Below are positions 31,501 through 38,454 of a stretch of 60,784 nt of DNA, in pieces. This DNA is from Candidatus Micrarchaeota archaeon (GTDB lineage Archaea > Micrarchaeota > Micrarchaeia > Norongarragalinales > SBBD01), in the NCBI GenBank assembly GCA_043803465.1, contig JAZDKC010000074.1:1-60784 (forward strand). The letters run 5' to 3'. The position numbers and the translations under genes were made by a program. Each line of letters begins with the position of its first letter. The stretch's first letter is position 1. The notes under the pieces are model-generated. The model ran no database searches. It was given only the letters and a program-made list of their open reading frames with translations, and was not told the origin of the DNA.

Positions 31501-33223
31501 CGGTGCTATTGTATTTCAAAAGGCTAACGGTGAAATTTGAGGATTGCCCGGTAACACCCTCATTGCCCTTGAAGCCCAGGTAAATGTAAATTGTCCCATT
31601 CACCAGTTCTTTCTCCAAACCGGCACTTTGATTGAATTGGGGGGTAAACCAGGTTTCGTTGAAGCAGGTCAGGGTTGTTGCATTCGATACATGGGTCCAG
31701 GGGTCGTTATTGGGAGTAGTAACTTGCAAGCTCTTGTTCAGAGTGGCGACATCGCTTGTGGAATTAGACAGGAACCATCGGATTTGGGACGCCGTATTGT
31801 TCGCATATGCGACCGCGTCACCAAAGCGGAATTCGAGGCGATGCGGCCCGGATGTGCGGACGGCGCTTTCCTCCGAGCCCTCGAGTTCGCAGGAATAGTC
31901 TGCAATGAATGCGGAGGTGCCATTGAAACTCGCGCCGGCATCCGCTTCGCCGCACTTGATGAATTTGAACTCCAGGTCATGGTCGAAGGTGGTGTTGTCA
32001 ATTGCAGTTACCGTAAGGGGGGCGGAGCCGGTTGTCGTGAACCGCACGGTCCAGTTGCCTCCGACTGCAGGGAAGCTTTGGAGATTCAGGATCGTGATAT
32101 TCACGCCCGCATAGCCGGAGAAGTGGTCCACCTTGAAATTGATACGGCCATCGGTTTCGGCGAATGCCGCGTCGATCATTTCCCATTTTGCGCAGAGGTT
32201 GGATGCGGCGTCGTAATTGGTGCAGGAAACAATCCGTTCGGTCTTGGAATTTGCCGGGAGGGAAATTAAGGCCTCCTCGAATTCCAGCGAGTTCAGTCCG
32301 ATGAAATCGGTTGTAAAGTAGCCTATGATGTTCGCCCTTTCCGATTGGAAGATGTTTGCAAATTTGGAGGGGGGCTCGCCATTGATATGATCGAGGCTTG
32401 TTGGGTCCCTGAGCCCCAGAATTTCAATGGAGGATCCGTCAAATTCCCCGGAATTCGATTTTTTCCGTTTATCCGAGGCAATGGAGAGCCCGAGGTCATA
32501 AACGGTTTCGTTCGTGCCATTTACGTTTTTCACCCGTTTTTTAAGCGAGGTGAATTTCAATTTTTTCAGATGCTTGAATTTTTCCTTCAGGATCCCCAAT
32601 TCCGGAAGCTCGGCGATGCGGCCGGTTTCGTTCAGATCGGTTTCATTTAGGGAAGTCTGATTGAGGCCGGTCTGGTTGAAAAACGATTCATTCAAAAAGG
32701 TGTTGTTGGAAATAGTCCCATTAAGAATGGTTTCATCCATCAAGGTTTGATTCGCGATTGTATCGTTCGCAATGGTTTGATTTGTGATTGATTCGTTCAT
32801 CCCGGTTTGATTGAGGAATGTTGAATTGGAAATCGTTTCGTTTGCGTCGGTCTCGTTCAGGATCGTTTGATTGACAATCGAATCGTTCGCGCCCGTTTGG
32901 TTGGAAATCGTTTCATTCGGGGAAATGGGATCGCCCGGTTGGGTCTGATTTTCCGAGGTCTGATTGGTCGCATTCGCATCGGGGAAATCAGCGTTTAGCT
33001 CAAGCAGGCCGGAATCGGTGAAATTCGAAAGGTTCGAAAGGGTAAAATTGAAGTCGGTAAGGTTGAGGAATTCCGGTGCAATGCTTGCTGTCGGGTATGT
33101 AAGATTCGTGGAGTTGGAGCTCTCGTTTTGGATGGTTTGATTGATGCTGTCAATAGTGGTTAAAGAGAGAAGTGAAAGCAGGGCTAATGCGAACGGGGCG
33201 AATAAGTAGACCTTGCCGCGCAT
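16556..33223 (-). CDS. Giant (~5,555 aa) membrane-anchored surface protein: beta-helix and Ig-like repeats, TM helix, cytoplasmic HerA/FtsK-like (DUF87) ATPase
   Basis: Signal peptide; NxT/S-rich region; C..I....V..DC.G beta-helix repeats; ~97-aa repeats at ~23.7-25.4 kb; P/T linker; TM ~17800-17865; Walker A GATGSGKT (17612-17635); VLVFDPT; Walker B CVYDEVH; RKWGVGMLLISQ. Confidence 0.88.
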   Translation of the reverse strand: MRGKVYLFAPFALALLSLLSLTTIDSINQTIQNESSNSTNLTYPTASIAPEFLNLTDFNFTLSNLSNFTDSGLLELNADFPDANATNQTSENQTQPGDPISPNETISNQTGANDSIVNQTILNETDANETISNSTFLNQTGMNESITNQTIANDTIANQTLMDETILNGTISNNTFLNESFFNQTGLNQTSLNETDLNETGRIAELPELGILKEKFKHLKKLKFTSLKKRVKNVNGTNETVYDLGLSIASDKRKKSNSGEFDGSSIEILGLRDPTSLDHINGEPPSKFANIFQSERANIIGYFTTDFIGLNSLEFEEALISLPANSKTERIVSCTNYDAASNLCAKWEMIDAAFAETDGRINFKVDHFSGYAGVNITILNLQSFPAVGGNWTVRFTTTGSAPLTVTAIDNTTFDHDLEFKFIKCGEADAGASFNGTSAFIADYSCELEGSEESAVRTSGPHRLEFRFGDAVAYANNTASQIRWFLSNSTSDVATLNKSLQVTTPNNDPWTHVSNATTLTCFNETWFTPQFNQSAGLEKELVNGTIYIYLGFKGNEGVTGQSSNFTVSLLKYNSTGSVYEINRTNTTIDCYKAFIGAFATMTMGPGENATLYPGERLGFRTCTIQKNCANIALFWNRTDTYMEFSNETVDWCGNVSSNFNLSTGILDARGSCLTLQANDVTIDCKGKQIMGSGSGAAIDLNGFDNVVVKNCVISNFTDGIYGRSSDNFTLEYSTFYNNSDGVDIGSSYFALINSSVFDHNQRTGAGVNMLAAHNVTIINSSFINLSSGIVGGNSDNTYLSVINSTFINSTRGVFFYGLGHSNFSNNSFSGNDDAITFRSWSLVGTLTRSNKLFSNTFQNNSIGIKLFITSLYYIQNNSFINNTFRNSSTTSLYLLGYSSYPELIADNNFTNNIFYNASIGSDINISDVNFSTNIFLNNSFTRSRLGFTSGNMTLQNYVRVNVTSSNGVSLGSAFVNITNSSFGAINYTDQITGANGLTAYVPLNEFIGSYSVNTNYSYYNVTATWNGYTNSTLSMINYSQAVPIIIPVTVCGNLGYSATLAVPLFANGTCFTVTSSNIVLDCAGHAISGDGTGNGVDITSYSNVTIRNCNISSFDRGIDSEGNNLTIANNSIWNSTYGVLLQNNAFSNVTNNSIYNNSNGLGLFSFVGNNVNNTIANNIFDNNSDGIEFFTAVGGRAQNNTIANNTVRNSSSKGFHLNGPAGNPEYTMFNNFTNNIIISSPTGSDITFASSWNNYFINNSFNRSNMLYASGINNFTIQDYFRVYVTGSNLAGIESANANITNTSSGASNHRNLPTDANGYTAWVAVTEFFGNNSINTSFANYNFTANYSGVTNWTTYPTNQSAEVLVVLPIITCGSIATSTALTVSLNAQGTCFTANADNIAIDCNNYFVTGNGSGIGVDVGSRTNVTVKNCRITNFTNGVQGIDANNFTMLGSNVSNSTNGIMLRNGQFHNISASFFYNNTVGVNLSSTSGGYLNFSRIYNNTFNNNSYYALQISCLSGSNGCNNNTIENNTFRNSTISNLFLTTTSVSNGNLTKYNNFIGNLFYFSPRGFDINITNINQSTNILLNNSFNRSRIGFSNGNVTIRDYVRIYVRSTAGTAIVNANVNMTNSSFGATNFTNMLTDANGLTDWQEANEFIGNSSSNTSYGIYNFTVAYSGAVNSTLLPINDSKTILMVLPVVPCGTIAASTTLPGSIASNGTCYTISASNINFNCNNFNITGTQQNGSGIVVNGVTGVNITNCHLVNFSNGIELLPGSHIANLSNNTLTNNSNAGIYVNGSANTLLIRGNKFISNGNYSILVDWSGNSNITSNNVSSQFGGNYSSFGLNATAFYFLNLTNSSITNNAISTVIGGRGPVGTDSSRPGKNGGGAIGIFLVNGTNNTFSGNRIVNISGGNGGAPFQTTAASNTGGAGGKAFAIILDSSRNNTFSNNSVTGIFGGKGSAANDIPAGNGAAGGAGGSAIGIALNSSDSIWFNSFNISKVIAGSGGDGAKGGAVNLYGIGGDAGNSTLFISNSSLNTTILDSNFSNSSAGVGGNGSTLGGRGSAFGLQLLSTNFTLVNSSYFDGIVNNSNGTGGLVIGLHFLGSSNNNAFNSVFNYLPASGNNYSVYSEANSQNNLLQNLSITNRKYGWGSGNNNLTVRWNVDIFVGFEDNSPANGANITIRNSTSGVPQYTGLTGATGYNTTQAVTEFTGNDTANTTYNSYNLTATLSPYLPVSQLFDISSYRLLTLTLSPCGTITTDLSLSADVSTTRGTCYTIGADNIQLDCNGYKISGNASADSYGIASNGFRDFRANNCRILNFTNGIFLNNTVNATFNGVNLTNSTQYNLFLNNATYTNFTNSSFGNISLAYGDIYMNNSATGSHFINTAFNRSTTKNGTAGNNMTVFWFMGVIVRDQSNNPVQSASVNIANVTGASMGSGTSDANGRIANQVLQEYDQVAEAAYVPGCTGSDDGINCYIPYNVSATKTVGLLSYRASNSSVLNTSSSVILYLNALPSISLNSPNDLQASSSKTVTFSYAPVDDGGYNNCSIWTNATGTFEYTQLNQSAILNNSANTISYTFAADGDYLWNVQCYDNAIPSSSNFSAANRTVRVDSTGPSSIQTIGPTLGNSSNTSRNWVYANYTFTELNAFNCWVQWVNTSTYNLTATLSNSNCFLNITGQTDGNWNYTLFVNDSAGNLGYNGTFTVTVDTLPPSSIKTESPTLSNNSHWGYGWVYVNASFNEPNPGACTLQYYNGSIANYSMARLDGTCNVNLTSQPDGVWNYTIIVNDSAGNIAQNGTFTVTVDTLAPSNIAMVSPTLANLSFTYRNWVYVNATFTELFPNACVLQWNNGSLMNLTMTRSNNNCYLNVTDQPDGYWNYTIIVNDTSANSAQNGTFYISMDGNPPANINTIYPTPANNSFLNYSWVYINYTFTEINPYNCWVQWANTSVYNITAGMTGNNCYLNITGHADGIWNYTVFANDSSGNIGGNGTFNLTIDTTFPMVDYILPTPDDEINLSRNWIYVNTSYTDANLHTALLYWNSIAEPLTCNAHACFLNKTSLAEGAYSYYVFLNDSAGNSNQTSARSAFIDTINPSEITAVFPTPENYSRIHYDWVYVNATFTEMNPNNCILYWLNGSSQNLTMARSGNNCYLNVTGQPLGIHNYTIIVNDTTGNLGENGTLQVQLWENTALNYKPRAQFYNRFGNANITAIFASLDLSNLTIDSAEADFNYGNGTNITINSNNISLNFSDSPADTEFFNSGIFERGFDSGNAQTHWKVGWDSVVVENSTLLIEAAISQDNVTYSTFENLTNSAGSVLNGTPARYMKYRITFGSNGSVTAFLNEINATALYGLNSNITVNLTNLNSAYSLAKSCSTIDGNCTVGFIFASELIGGNYSVNITATNNSAFYEPASVLYETSFEEAITRGSLLASAKTVSPPTWFLINVTLTNRNNATMFEPLISYLSKGQMASIDKLSTTCGASVPTYSHCNATFNVTVPNLPVSSYTVTWNASYRNNNQTNMTISNSSSVIVQSTHTLSASVSLINITGNLSQMNTTLVTITNTGNTNLANITISFVPSTMDGAWITFDPYDFGGLFPNMNFDLDVMIQALAPFTPGVYTGKVNITADDLINGPNTTATSIDIMVISEPQVTATPTVLIADQNLTSNPTLAANISNPGNAPVTNVSVTLENSTIPDGWISFDSIDPAWDSLTNSWTSITEGTEAVLQIIVTILDFIEGVFSAIIKIVSDEGVATYVNVTVNVTPRLDAVSTINLTIQHGFANATEFYINSTGNVKLVNLMISYNETTLPGSWLAFNTTFIENITEFVNYSVQFNVTVPFGTPPGNYSGQINISGYNANRTIGISVEVPENATWYFLPFGDQYKEFGLAESGAIGTITINNTGNANLSFDIGYGDFGGRASCIGGDPYFQDLCTQAVVPSNPTLLNATKNTTTSFTISKVAAGFSNNSDGYALQITMANNSGVPTSNSTVLYFNITNAFPQFRLAATYVNTAQRPYVEYNQTVTLNVTATDDESYGLNPSTAIFNISRPDGTNETYNALNLTLNPFTACGGTCQDAQSYNLAYNATNMSGRFNVTFQVQDALSQQNMTSFYFTVITITNLTLSGNGSNITNAQRNINSTLLLNLSANNTGLVSAYSINLSGMFARQAGAADTLSNWSFNAIPTIPYINGTLQNLTTFNITVGQRSLGIYYFTPNATWAQPNGTIEVIWGPNLTINITSNPDFNVTASNQSLAIPHGFNQTEWFSITPVGNDNITNYTISLSTNYANFSVTFNHTSGNLTLDGLANVSMNISVVYGANSGFRNFTVNVTGGNYSKSFVVNLTVPFNNTWAANTNLFTLDGIAGENSLDNRTLIAHYGTGDAFLNFTFNLTGNMTDFSNLVNTSKYLNTTQSYDIGINYTAPDNNYLYVGCLNITEKNSSSYQLVNITFRSFTVELSVVNITAPLQVIAGDIINESVLLIFGGQNTTSNTTWSMFLNSTQCPLLSNTTFDNESRLACTAPALLDAVYYDLTVRANYSTGSSYLVKNTTNSGYIFYKDITPPQIIAEYSNDTERYENITLSINATDNLALANATVQVTFPNLTAANYTLLYNPGTNLFANQFNLTALGYYSLVYFVNDTTGNMNYSSAGSFEIYETRIFSGTISNLEGNPIVVNFTVRNTSESNYEAFSTNSSGTYNKSLRAKWYELNLKFLFYNVTADRVDFNTINQSLLSLDNFSGSDISSQILGAKAGFAVISNMPTNGTLIIEYADLLATITDETLLRIYNCHNYTYASRSCVESWSQMQNTSLNTIGNTINGTISAFANTTVAYALVQYTVPTPTPTTLPPYNPPSGGSVGSTGGYTPPQPPAASPTPIPAPTDNVSKQIEELKKLLQENKTKDMGLEPGVQSIVFELYPGESSQTSVHIKNTLNATSKINVTLVGVIRDFITASSKQISLNRMHETDLMIFATIPDKAKTGNYYGELQLQNEVGKISIPVTVRVLDRKEERSLDLRLQPLVDTIDPGETLRVEVNIYNLAEASEIKGIFHLEAVDPVTDSVLEQTQEEEITLQNTYNSIKPIKIPSDAHTGRLVIRGVFDYSVGETLKKRDVTAIAYVRVQTSFWSNKLFGMISIWQFIPLLLILLATIFTYYRQYSVTKSKRRYVAKVDFTKLPEPGLRAGFLGLIAETKVRSFAAIDKLQMHTLIAGATGSGKTVAAQVIVEEALQKNTAVLVFDPTAQWTGFLRAQKNRDMLLNYRRFGMNTDEAKAFKGNIYVVRDPNMAIDIKKLMKPGEITVFVMNKLSFADHETFISNTVKQVFAAGLPESPQLKLLCVYDEVHRLLPKFGGRGEGFIQIERGAREYRKWGVGMLLISQVLSDFVGEIKANIGTEIQMRTKYEGDLERLKLKYGEDSARSIVKESIGSGMVQNSEYNNGQPYFVSFRPLLHNVVRLSDTELSQYETYNDKVEKLEADMEQLRQEGHDVLDLELEINLARDKVKKGAFNIVEIYLDSLSQKIESMRKKSGQKPSPRIDMLDFGIGDILGEKKADEAAGKDAKTDAEKKDIA

Positions 33224-33360
33224 AAACACCAAAACTGCAAAATTACCTCTAATAGAGGCATTTGGGTTACTCTTCCCGCCTTTAAAACCCCTCTGCCTAA
33301 AACCACTAGTTTATAATAAGAATAGTTATTAATAGTTAATAGCTTTATTGAGGTGAAAAG

Positions 33361-33669
33361 ATGGTATCAAGCTTTAGTTTGCCAAGATTGATGGAAGAGG
33401 AGATTGCCGCACTGGTCAGATCGGGCCATTTTTCAAGCAAATCAGATGTGGTAAAGGATGCAATGCGATTGCTTATGAAGAACCGGCCGAACCTTAGGCA
33501 CGCCGCTGCAATTGAGCTGATGAAAGAGGGGAAAATCAGCGTGGGAAAGGCTGCCGAAGTGGCTGAAATATCTGTTGAAGAGCTGCAGAAAATGATGGAG
33601 CACCACAAGGTTTTCAGGGAGACGAAGGCGGACAAATCCGACTTGGAGAGAATTACTGAAACCGGATGA
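33361..33669 (+). CDS. RHH + UPF0175-type antitoxin-like protein
   Basis: LVRSGHFSSKSDVVKDAMR and GKISVGKAAEVAEIS. Confidence 0.75.
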   Translation: MVSSFSLPRLMEEEIAALVRSGHFSSKSDVVKDAMRLLMKNRPNLRHAAAIELMKEGKISVGKAAEVAEISVEELQKMMEHHKVFRETKADKSDLERITETG

Positions 33670-33675
33670 TCTTGA

Positions 33676-34152
33676 ATGGAAATTGTCATTGATTTGGGAT
33701 TGCTGCACAAGCTGGTTTCGGTTGAGATGATCAGCAGCCTGAACGAATTGTTCGGCGAGCCTTCCTGGATCATCGCGCCGTCAGCTGCAACCAAGTTGAA
33801 GCGGGAGAAAAAGGAAACGAGGTTCAAGCATATTCATATCGCCAGCAGGAAATTGCATTATAAGGAGAGGGAGCTCGTTGCAAAAATGCGGGGAAAATTT
33901 TTCATGCTCTCAAAGGAGGAGCTGGAAGGGATCGCGATTGCAAGGAATCGGGGCGTGATCTATTCCACCAACGAGGAGGCTGCGAAGCTGGCGTGCAGAG
34001 GCCTGGAGGTAAGGTACATGACATTGCCGATGCTGCTTAAGGCGCTTTGGGCGAAGAAAATACTCACTAAAAAGGGCGTGTGGGAGATAATCGATAAGAT
34101 GGATAGGGCCAATTTGGCAAAATTTGAAAAAGTTGAAAAGATTTTCGAGTAG
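33676..34152 (+). CDS. PIN-like (DUF3368-type) protein, apparently degenerate
   Basis: IVIDL, LSKEELEGIAIA, STNEEAA..AC..L.V; paired with UPF0175. Confidence 0.65.
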   Translation: MEIVIDLGLLHKLVSVEMISSLNELFGEPSWIIAPSAATKLKREKKETRFKHIHIASRKLHYKERELVAKMRGKFFMLSKEELEGIAIARNRGVIYSTNEEAAKLACRGLEVRYMTLPMLLKALWAKKILTKKGVWEIIDKMDRANLAKFEKVEKIFE

Positions 34153-34160
34153 AATTCAAT

Positions 34161-34490
34161 TTACCCGAAAATCGAGCCCAGGCCTGCCGCTGCCGAATCT
34201 TCCTCGGCCTCGATTTGCGAGATGATTTTTTCCCTCTCCTCACCGTCAAGCTCCTTTGCTGTCAGCAGCACATTGAGCTTCTCCTTGAGCTTTGCGACAA
34301 GTTCGGGGTCCTCAGCCTTGAAGAATAGCACATAAAAGCCGCCCTTCATCCCGGCTGCCTTGCTGTCCTTGAGGGTATAGCCCACAACTGCAAATGAATC
34401 CTTCTCATACGGATTTGCGGCTACAATATCCTTCAGCTTGCCGTATTCCTTCATTTCCACCAGGTAAACGCATTTTTGCATCTTAATCAC
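34161..34490 (-). CDS. Hypothetical protein
   Basis: Plausible codon usage; acidic EEDSAAAGLGSIFG tail. Confidence 0.7.
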   Translation of the reverse strand: MIKMQKCVYLVEMKEYGKLKDIVAANPYEKDSFAVVGYTLKDSKAAGMKGGFYVLFFKAEDPELVAKLKEKLNVLLTAKELDGEEREKIISQIEAEEDSAAAGLGSIFG

Positions 34491-34567
34491 CGTTAATGAT
34501 AATTGTAGGGTGTTTTACTCTTCCCAAGAATATTAAATGTTTGGGGAGTAATCAAAGCCGGGTAAAT

Positions 34568-35662
34568 ATGAAATTCACAAACAAGCAGGTGCTGGTGCAT
34601 TATTTCGACGGGAAGACGAAGGCGAGGCTGGAGGAGCCCGCAAAATACGAGCAGTTCTTCAAGATGGACAGGCTTTACGGCGAAACCAAGAAAACCGGGG
34701 AGAGGGGCTGGATATATGCGAATATCACGAACAAGGACCTCTCGGCATACATCACCCTCGGCTATGATGATTTCCAGCGGTACCTTTTCCATGAGCTTAG
34801 GTACAAGGGGAAAACTTACAAGCTGGGGGAGGGATTTTGCAACAACACCACGAAATTCGGGGAAGGGAAATTTTCAATAAAAGAAGGCGAAAGGGAGGTC
34901 GAATGGAGGGGAATGCCTTCCGAATATGAGATTTCCGCGAAATTCATGAAGAAGGGGCCCACAAGCGAAGGCGAGCTCAGCCTTACATATAAATTCGAAA
35001 AAATATCCGAGGAGACCGGCAGGAATAAATGCGTCTTCAATGAATATGGCCAGATTTTCGCATACTGGATGATTTCGCCTGCAAAAGGGACCCTTGAAAT
35101 CGAGGGGAAGGGGGATGTTTCACTTTTCAAATTGGGGGAGGCGGAGGAGCTGATCGGAAAGAACATTGCAAGCAATTTCGGGTATAATGAGAACATACAC
35201 ATGCGGGCGCCGATGATTTCCGAAGGATGGCATTGGAGTGTTCTTGATTGCTACCAGGATGACGACCAAAAAATCGAGAAAATAGTTAGCTTCATGAATT
35301 TCTTCTTCAAGAAGGGCAAAATCAACATCCCGATTTATGCACAGCTGCTTTCATGGGACCCTGCAACCGGCGAGGGGGAGCTGTATGAAGAGCCCGAAGT
35401 GAAATTGAAATGGGAATCGCCAAAAACGCCGTTGCTTTCCGTGAAAACGAAGGATGGGAAGGTGGAATTGAAAATTTCGCCAAAATATGAAATAGATATC
35501 CATTCCATCAGGGGAACCAAACTTGCAAACCTCATCCTGAAGACGGATATAGACTATAACACCTATCCGTGCAACGCGGAAGTGGTGATTGAAGGGAAGA
35601 AGTACAATGCGATCGGCTCATCGGAGATAACCGGCGAGGGAAGGACGGGGTATTGGCTTTGA
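34568..35662 (+). CDS. Hypothetical beta-rich protein
   Basis: Long ORF; AKGTLEIEG, GYNEN and WHW features loosely like AttH/tocopherol-cyclase barrels. Confidence 0.65.
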   Translation: MKFTNKQVLVHYFDGKTKARLEEPAKYEQFFKMDRLYGETKKTGERGWIYANITNKDLSAYITLGYDDFQRYLFHELRYKGKTYKLGEGFCNNTTKFGEGKFSIKEGEREVEWRGMPSEYEISAKFMKKGPTSEGELSLTYKFEKISEETGRNKCVFNEYGQIFAYWMISPAKGTLEIEGKGDVSLFKLGEAEELIGKNIASNFGYNENIHMRAPMISEGWHWSVLDCYQDDDQKIEKIVSFMNFFFKKGKINIPIYAQLLSWDPATGEGELYEEPEVKLKWESPKTPLLSVKTKDGKVELKISPKYEIDIHSIRGTKLANLILKTDIDYNTYPCNAEVVIEGKKYNAIGSSEITGEGRTGYWL

Positions 35663-35746
35663 TTGCATAAATCATCGGATTGCCAATATTTAATAAATTT
35701 GCCATTTAAAACAATAATTGCCAATTTATGGCGAAAAGTGGTAAAT

Positions 35747-35998
35747 ATGGAAGCACTTGGCTGGGTTCGCGGAAGGATTGACAATTACGGCAGGGTACTG
35801 ATCCCTCGAAGGCTAAGGGGAGGCTTTGCGAAAGATATACTGATAACAAGGACGGAGGACGAAATCCGCATCAGGCGCCGAACCCATGGCAGCTTTCGGA
35901 AATGGATGGGAAAATTGAAAATCGATGTCGGCGATGTCAAGAGTATTGATGACGTCATAGCCGAGGACGCTGAACAGGAGGCATTTGGGGGGGATTAG
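35747..35998 (+). CDS. AbrB/MazE-type antitoxin
   Basis: GRIDNYGRVLIPRRLR; directly upstream of a PIN toxin. Confidence 0.8.
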   Translation: MEALGWVRGRIDNYGRVLIPRRLRGGFAKDILITRTEDEIRIRRRTHGSFRKWMGKLKIDVGDVKSIDDVIAEDAEQEAFGGD

Positions 35999-36418
35999 AT
36001 GATAGCAGCAGACACGAATGTACTAATTTATTACATGCTCGACCAGCCACAAGGCTCGAATACCTCGGTCAAAAAAATCATCCGGGAAACGAAGGAAAAG
36101 CTCACAGAATTGTTCGATAAAAAAGAACGCATAGCACTTCCGATGCCGGTATTGATCGAATTCGCCAATTTTGCAAAGAGACGGACAAGCAAGGAAACAT
36201 GCAACCAAATAATCGATTCGCTGATCGCGGACAAAAACTTCGAATTACTGCCGGTTTCCCAAAAAAGCGCGGAGGATGCGATGAATCTTGCAAATAGGAC
36301 CGGAACTGATTTTTCCGATGCCTTGATTTGCATCACAATGCAGGAGAGTGGAATCAAAAGTATTTTTACTTGGGATTCGGACTTTGAAAAATTCAAAGAG
36401 ATAGAGATAATTAGGTAG
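35999..36418 (+). CDS. vapC: VapC PIN-domain toxin
   Basis: DTNVLI, E, DFSDALI, IFTWDSDF. Confidence 0.88.
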   Translation: MIAADTNVLIYYMLDQPQGSNTSVKKIIRETKEKLTELFDKKERIALPMPVLIEFANFAKRRTSKETCNQIIDSLIADKNFELLPVSQKSAEDAMNLANRTGTDFSDALICITMQESGIKSIFTWDSDFEKFKEIEIIR

Positions 36419-36427
36419 GTGATCGGA

Positions 36428-36820
36428 ATGGCCATAGTTGAAATTCAAAGCCCGGAAAAATTCAGAAAATTGGTGGCCTCCGGCAAGCCCCTCGTGGTTA
36501 AATTCGGCGCGACATGGTGCGGTGATTGCAAGGAGCTACAGCCCCATTTCGAATCGAATGTCGGGCTATTGGAAGAGGCAGGAATTACAGTCGCTAGGTT
36601 TCATTTGTCCCATGAAAGGAAAGAAGTTGAAGGTGGAGGAAAAAAAGCCGTTTACCCAACAATGGATCACGAAGCATTGAGGAAAAAATACGCACCGGAC
36701 GGATTTCCGACAGTAGTATTCATCCGGGAAGGAAGGGTATTTTTATCTTCTCTTGAGGACAACAAGCAAACTCTGGGCCATTTCGTGACAAATGTGCTCC
36801 AACGGATGAAGAAATCATAA
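36428..36820 (+). CDS. Thioredoxin-family protein
   Basis: KFGATWCGDC and GFPTVVF cis-Pro loop. Confidence 0.85.
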   Translation: MAIVEIQSPEKFRKLVASGKPLVVKFGATWCGDCKELQPHFESNVGLLEEAGITVARFHLSHERKEVEGGGKKAVYPTMDHEALRKKYAPDGFPTVVFIREGRVFLSSLEDNKQTLGHFVTNVLQRMKKS

Positions 36821-38413
36821 TTTCTTCTCCATATAAACTCCTTCCAGCGCATAACCCCTTTTTCGGTAATATTCGCGCACGCCCACTCCTGAAATAATCA
36901 GCATCTTTTTCGCGTCGAATTCCTCTTTTGCGATGCGTTCTGCCTGCGCAAGTAGCTGCGTGCCATAGCCCTCGTGCTGGACGGGGTCGAATTTGCCGGT
37001 CCCTTTTTTGCCGAGAGGAATTTGCTCGCCATATACGTGCAATTCGCGGATTCCAAAAGCACGCCCATCCATTTGCGGCATGAACTGATGATTTGAATTT
37101 TTCCTTAGGCGGAGGAATCCCATCAATGCGTCATTGGTTTTATCCTCGAAACTCAGAAAGATTTCTTTTCCTCCCGAAGCATCGTACTCCCTGCGAATTA
37201 GCTCTACCGCATCATAGTCGGGCGTTATCTTCTCTTTCAACATTTTAATGCCAATCTCCCTGCATCTGATGCATCTGCACTTTACCTTTTTCTTTTTCAA
37301 TATTTCGGCAACAAGCTCGCGCAGGTTGCTCTTTTTCACTCCGTCGGCTATCAGGTTGGCGGGAATGTCGCGGTTTATGCGCATGATGCGGCACCATTCG
37401 GGCACGAACCGTTTTGCCTCTGCAATCACTTCCGCTGCCTCATCTGCAGTATAGGGCGTATAATCGCCCTTTTTCCACATCTCATAAAGCTCGGTGCCGG
37501 GCATCACCAAAGTGGGGTAGATTTTGAGCATATCCGGCTGGAATGAGGGGTCGGTGAATAGTTTTTTGAAATAGCCGACATCCATTTTCGGGGTTGCGAA
37601 AAGCCCGGGCATCATATGGTAGCAAATTTTCAGCAAGGAATCCTTGCATCTGCGGGTAGCATCGACAACTTGCTCCAAATTATGGCCCCGCTTGCTCTTC
37701 AACAATATTCCATCGTCCAGGCTTTGGACCCCCAATTCTATTCTCGTGGTTCCGAACTCCAGCAATTTCGAGAGCTGTTCTTCCGAGCAGAAATCGGGCC
37801 GGGTTTCGATGGTCAGCCCGATCACGCGGTGTTTTGCGGTTTCGTTGAGCTTGATTGCATTTTCCAATGAATCCGACCTTTTTTCATTGAACGCATCATA
37901 CGCGCCCTTGATGAAATCCGCCTGATATTCATTCGGAAGTGAATTGAGCGTGCCGCCCTGGATGATTAGCTCGTTCTTTTCAGCCGTATGCCCGATAATG
38001 GAGAATTGATGCAGCCGTGCTTGCACCTGTCTGAAGGGATCGAAATCGTTTTGCTCTGCCCGCCTTGCAGCGGGCTCCTTGCCGGTGTAGGATTTGGGGG
38101 AATTGAAGGCGGGACCGCCGGGACAGTAGATGCACCTGCCGGGGCACGGAAGCGGAGCGGTCATTATGGCGATATTCGAGATGCCCGAAAGAGACCTGAT
38201 GTGCTTGATTTTGAGCGCTTTTTTCATTGCAGGCGTAAGTAGCCCAAGCGAATCCAACCTGCCCAATATTTCAGGGTTCTTGATTGCCCGAGATTGCTTG
38301 TATTTGCTTGCCAGTTTGTTCTTCAGGCGTAAAAGCTCCTGCGGGGTAAGATCGGGATTTTCCAGAAGCTCTTCGTAAATTTCGGCAATGATTTTGTTGG
38401 TGGTTTCACTCAT
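36815..38413 (-). CDS. elp3: Elp3 tRNA uridine(34) modification radical SAM/GNAT enzyme
   Basis: CPGRCIYCPGG, SYTGKEP, ETRPD, LKIYPT, RELHVYG, QHEGYG, ISGVGVREYY. Confidence 0.95.
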   Translation of the reverse strand: MSETTNKIIAEIYEELLENPDLTPQELLRLKNKLASKYKQSRAIKNPEILGRLDSLGLLTPAMKKALKIKHIRSLSGISNIAIMTAPLPCPGRCIYCPGGPAFNSPKSYTGKEPAARRAEQNDFDPFRQVQARLHQFSIIGHTAEKNELIIQGGTLNSLPNEYQADFIKGAYDAFNEKRSDSLENAIKLNETAKHRVIGLTIETRPDFCSEEQLSKLLEFGTTRIELGVQSLDDGILLKSKRGHNLEQVVDATRRCKDSLLKICYHMMPGLFATPKMDVGYFKKLFTDPSFQPDMLKIYPTLVMPGTELYEMWKKGDYTPYTADEAAEVIAEAKRFVPEWCRIMRINRDIPANLIADGVKKSNLRELVAEILKKKKVKCRCIRCREIGIKMLKEKITPDYDAVELIRREYDASGGKEIFLSFEDKTNDALMGFLRLRKNSNHQFMPQMDGRAFGIRELHVYGEQIPLGKKGTGKFDPVQHEGYGTQLLAQAERIAKEEFDAKKMLIISGVGVREYYRKRGYALEGVYMEKKL

Positions 38414-38454
38414 CCAAATTACCTTCCAAAAAAGGAATATCCAGAAAGCCCCCC

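Noticed and set aside
32620-32980. NQT/NET nucleotide repeats as a separate repeat element
   Set aside because: They are coding low-complexity glycosylation repeats of the giant protein.
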